Source: Chara braunii (taxonomy: Eukaryota > Plantae > Charophyceae). From it: a stretch of DNA of 64,000 nt. Position numbers and translations under genes: made by a program. Of the stretch, positions 62,493 to 64,000 are shown piece by piece; positions within the stretch are counted from its first letter, which is position 1, and each line of letters begins with the position of its first letter. The notes under the pieces were generated by a model. That model did not search any database and had not been told where the DNA came from. It saw only the letters and a list, made by a program, of their open reading frames with translations. The stretch lies in the NCBI GenBank assembly GCA_003427395.1, contig BFEA01000019.1, positions 5,389,619-5,453,618 on the forward strand, read 5' to 3'.

Positions 62493-64000
62493 AAAAATAC
62501 AAATGTTGTTAACCTTCTCTCTCTTGAATTAACAACTGCATACCATTTTCACTCGAAAACAACACCCACACATTGTACACGAATACGCCCTCTTGGCATT
62601 ATATTCATTGATAACGCCGAGATATTACATTCAGTACATTGGCGGTAACTTTGGTGGGTGGCCAAAATTCTAAAGATTAAAAAAAAAAAAAAAAAAAAAA
62701 ACAATATATTGTCCAGAATTGCAATTTATTAACTTTTGGTTGTGGGTCACGTCAAAATTTCTTATAACCTAAAAAATAAAAATAGAAACATGGTTGGTTT
62801 TGGGGAGTCAGAACCCCTTTCAACCCCCTTTAAAACTCATGTATACCCCTCTCCCTGCCCTTTGAAACCCATGTATATTACCTTTACAAGGCACTTTTCC
62901 ATGAAATATTCAAATATAAGTCGGGCGTTGTATTCGAATATAATCAGTGGGCGTTATATTTGAAGAGGCGTTTTTTTTTTAAAAAGCGAGTAAAAATGAA
63001 AATCTGATTTTTAAGGGTAAGTTGAATGTAATAACTGGGCATTATTTTCGGGTGAAGACAATGGTGAGGACGTCCAAGCTGCACTTCTTTATTTTTTATA
63101 ATTTTTTTTTTTACAAACGGGGGCCCATTCCCCAAGGCTCAGGTTATCAAATCGATCACAACGCAAACACACACCTCTTCCCGTTATGGTCTGAAAGAAC
63201 CTCGGTCACTGTTTCCGAGGAGACAGCTTCCCTAGGCAAAATGAGCACAAATCTGAACTCTACCCTACTCAAGGTTGTCACCAGTGGAGAAAGTTTGTCG
63301 CTATCCCATCGAATTGGGTCTCATAGTACTTGCAGACCTAATGTTTGGACCTCATTCCTAGGTTTTTCCCTGTGGTACTCTTGTCCCTCAAGTGTTGCTT
63401 TGAATCCTCCAGCAGCTGCTTTTGCAGAGCGCGCACCATTGTCGTTGTCATCTGCATCACGGGGAAGTCCACAACACCAATTGGTAGTCAGCCTCTGGAA
63501 GGATAACCCTTTCGCCTCGTTTCCCTTCACTCCTCTCCCCTCTAATTCCCCTCCTCTGTGCAAAATTCTAATGGGGATTGAAAAGAAAAAAAAAACATGA
63601 CGAGCAAATTGAATTGCGGAAACGTCATTCCAAACATGCAAGATCAACCGAGTTTCCGTTAGAGAAAAAAAAAAAAAAACTATAGAAAAAAATCAAATTA
63701 CCAGTTGTCCGTTGTCGGATGTCCTGTCCGGAGTCAGGGGGCTCCCAAACGTATCATGTTTTTTTGACGAGTTCAAAATAACCAAAACACAAAAAAATAA
63801 ATAAAATTGGGGGTTTCTGCACACCTTGCACAAACCCCATCAAAAAATAAATCCAAGCAGGTCAGAGGTTGGGGGGGGGTGGGGTGGGTGAGTCTTTGCA
63901 CACACACACAAACGCAGGTTGACAACCCCACCCCAAGAAAATTGGAGCCTGTAAACCCCCTAAAAGAATTGCCCTTCTTCCCCCTGCTACACAACTTCCA

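Overview
This is eukaryotic draft-assembly DNA with N gaps at 5614-6359 and 16051-16150. It has many (AG)n/(TG)n microsatellites and large TE-filled introns; the style suggests a streptophyte alga such as Chara (inference, not verified). One host gene dominates the window: a 10-exon + strand GIGYF/EXA1-family GYF-domain gene with CDS 15037-54478. I spliced it by hand with GT-AG sites and continuous phase to 8142 nt, or 2713 aa. Everything else is mobile DNA or repeats: (1) a Penelope-like retroelement (3152-5358) with ~740-bp direct repeats, a 13-bp TSD and an RT that stops with no C-terminal endonuclease; (2) Harbinger-, hAT- and mariner-type MITEs; (3) an unclassified TTAA-targeting TIR family in four copies, two of them head-to-tail; (4) a shattered hAT transposase; (5) probable LINE debris and several minisatellites. 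The most unusual observations are an exact 39-bp copy of the gene's own exon 3 inside a repeat in intron 1, a 33-bp minisatellite built from E2F-type motifs, and an untrimmed Nextera mate-pair junction adapter at 31664-31696 (an assembly artefact). I found no evidence for a wholly new multi-gene system.
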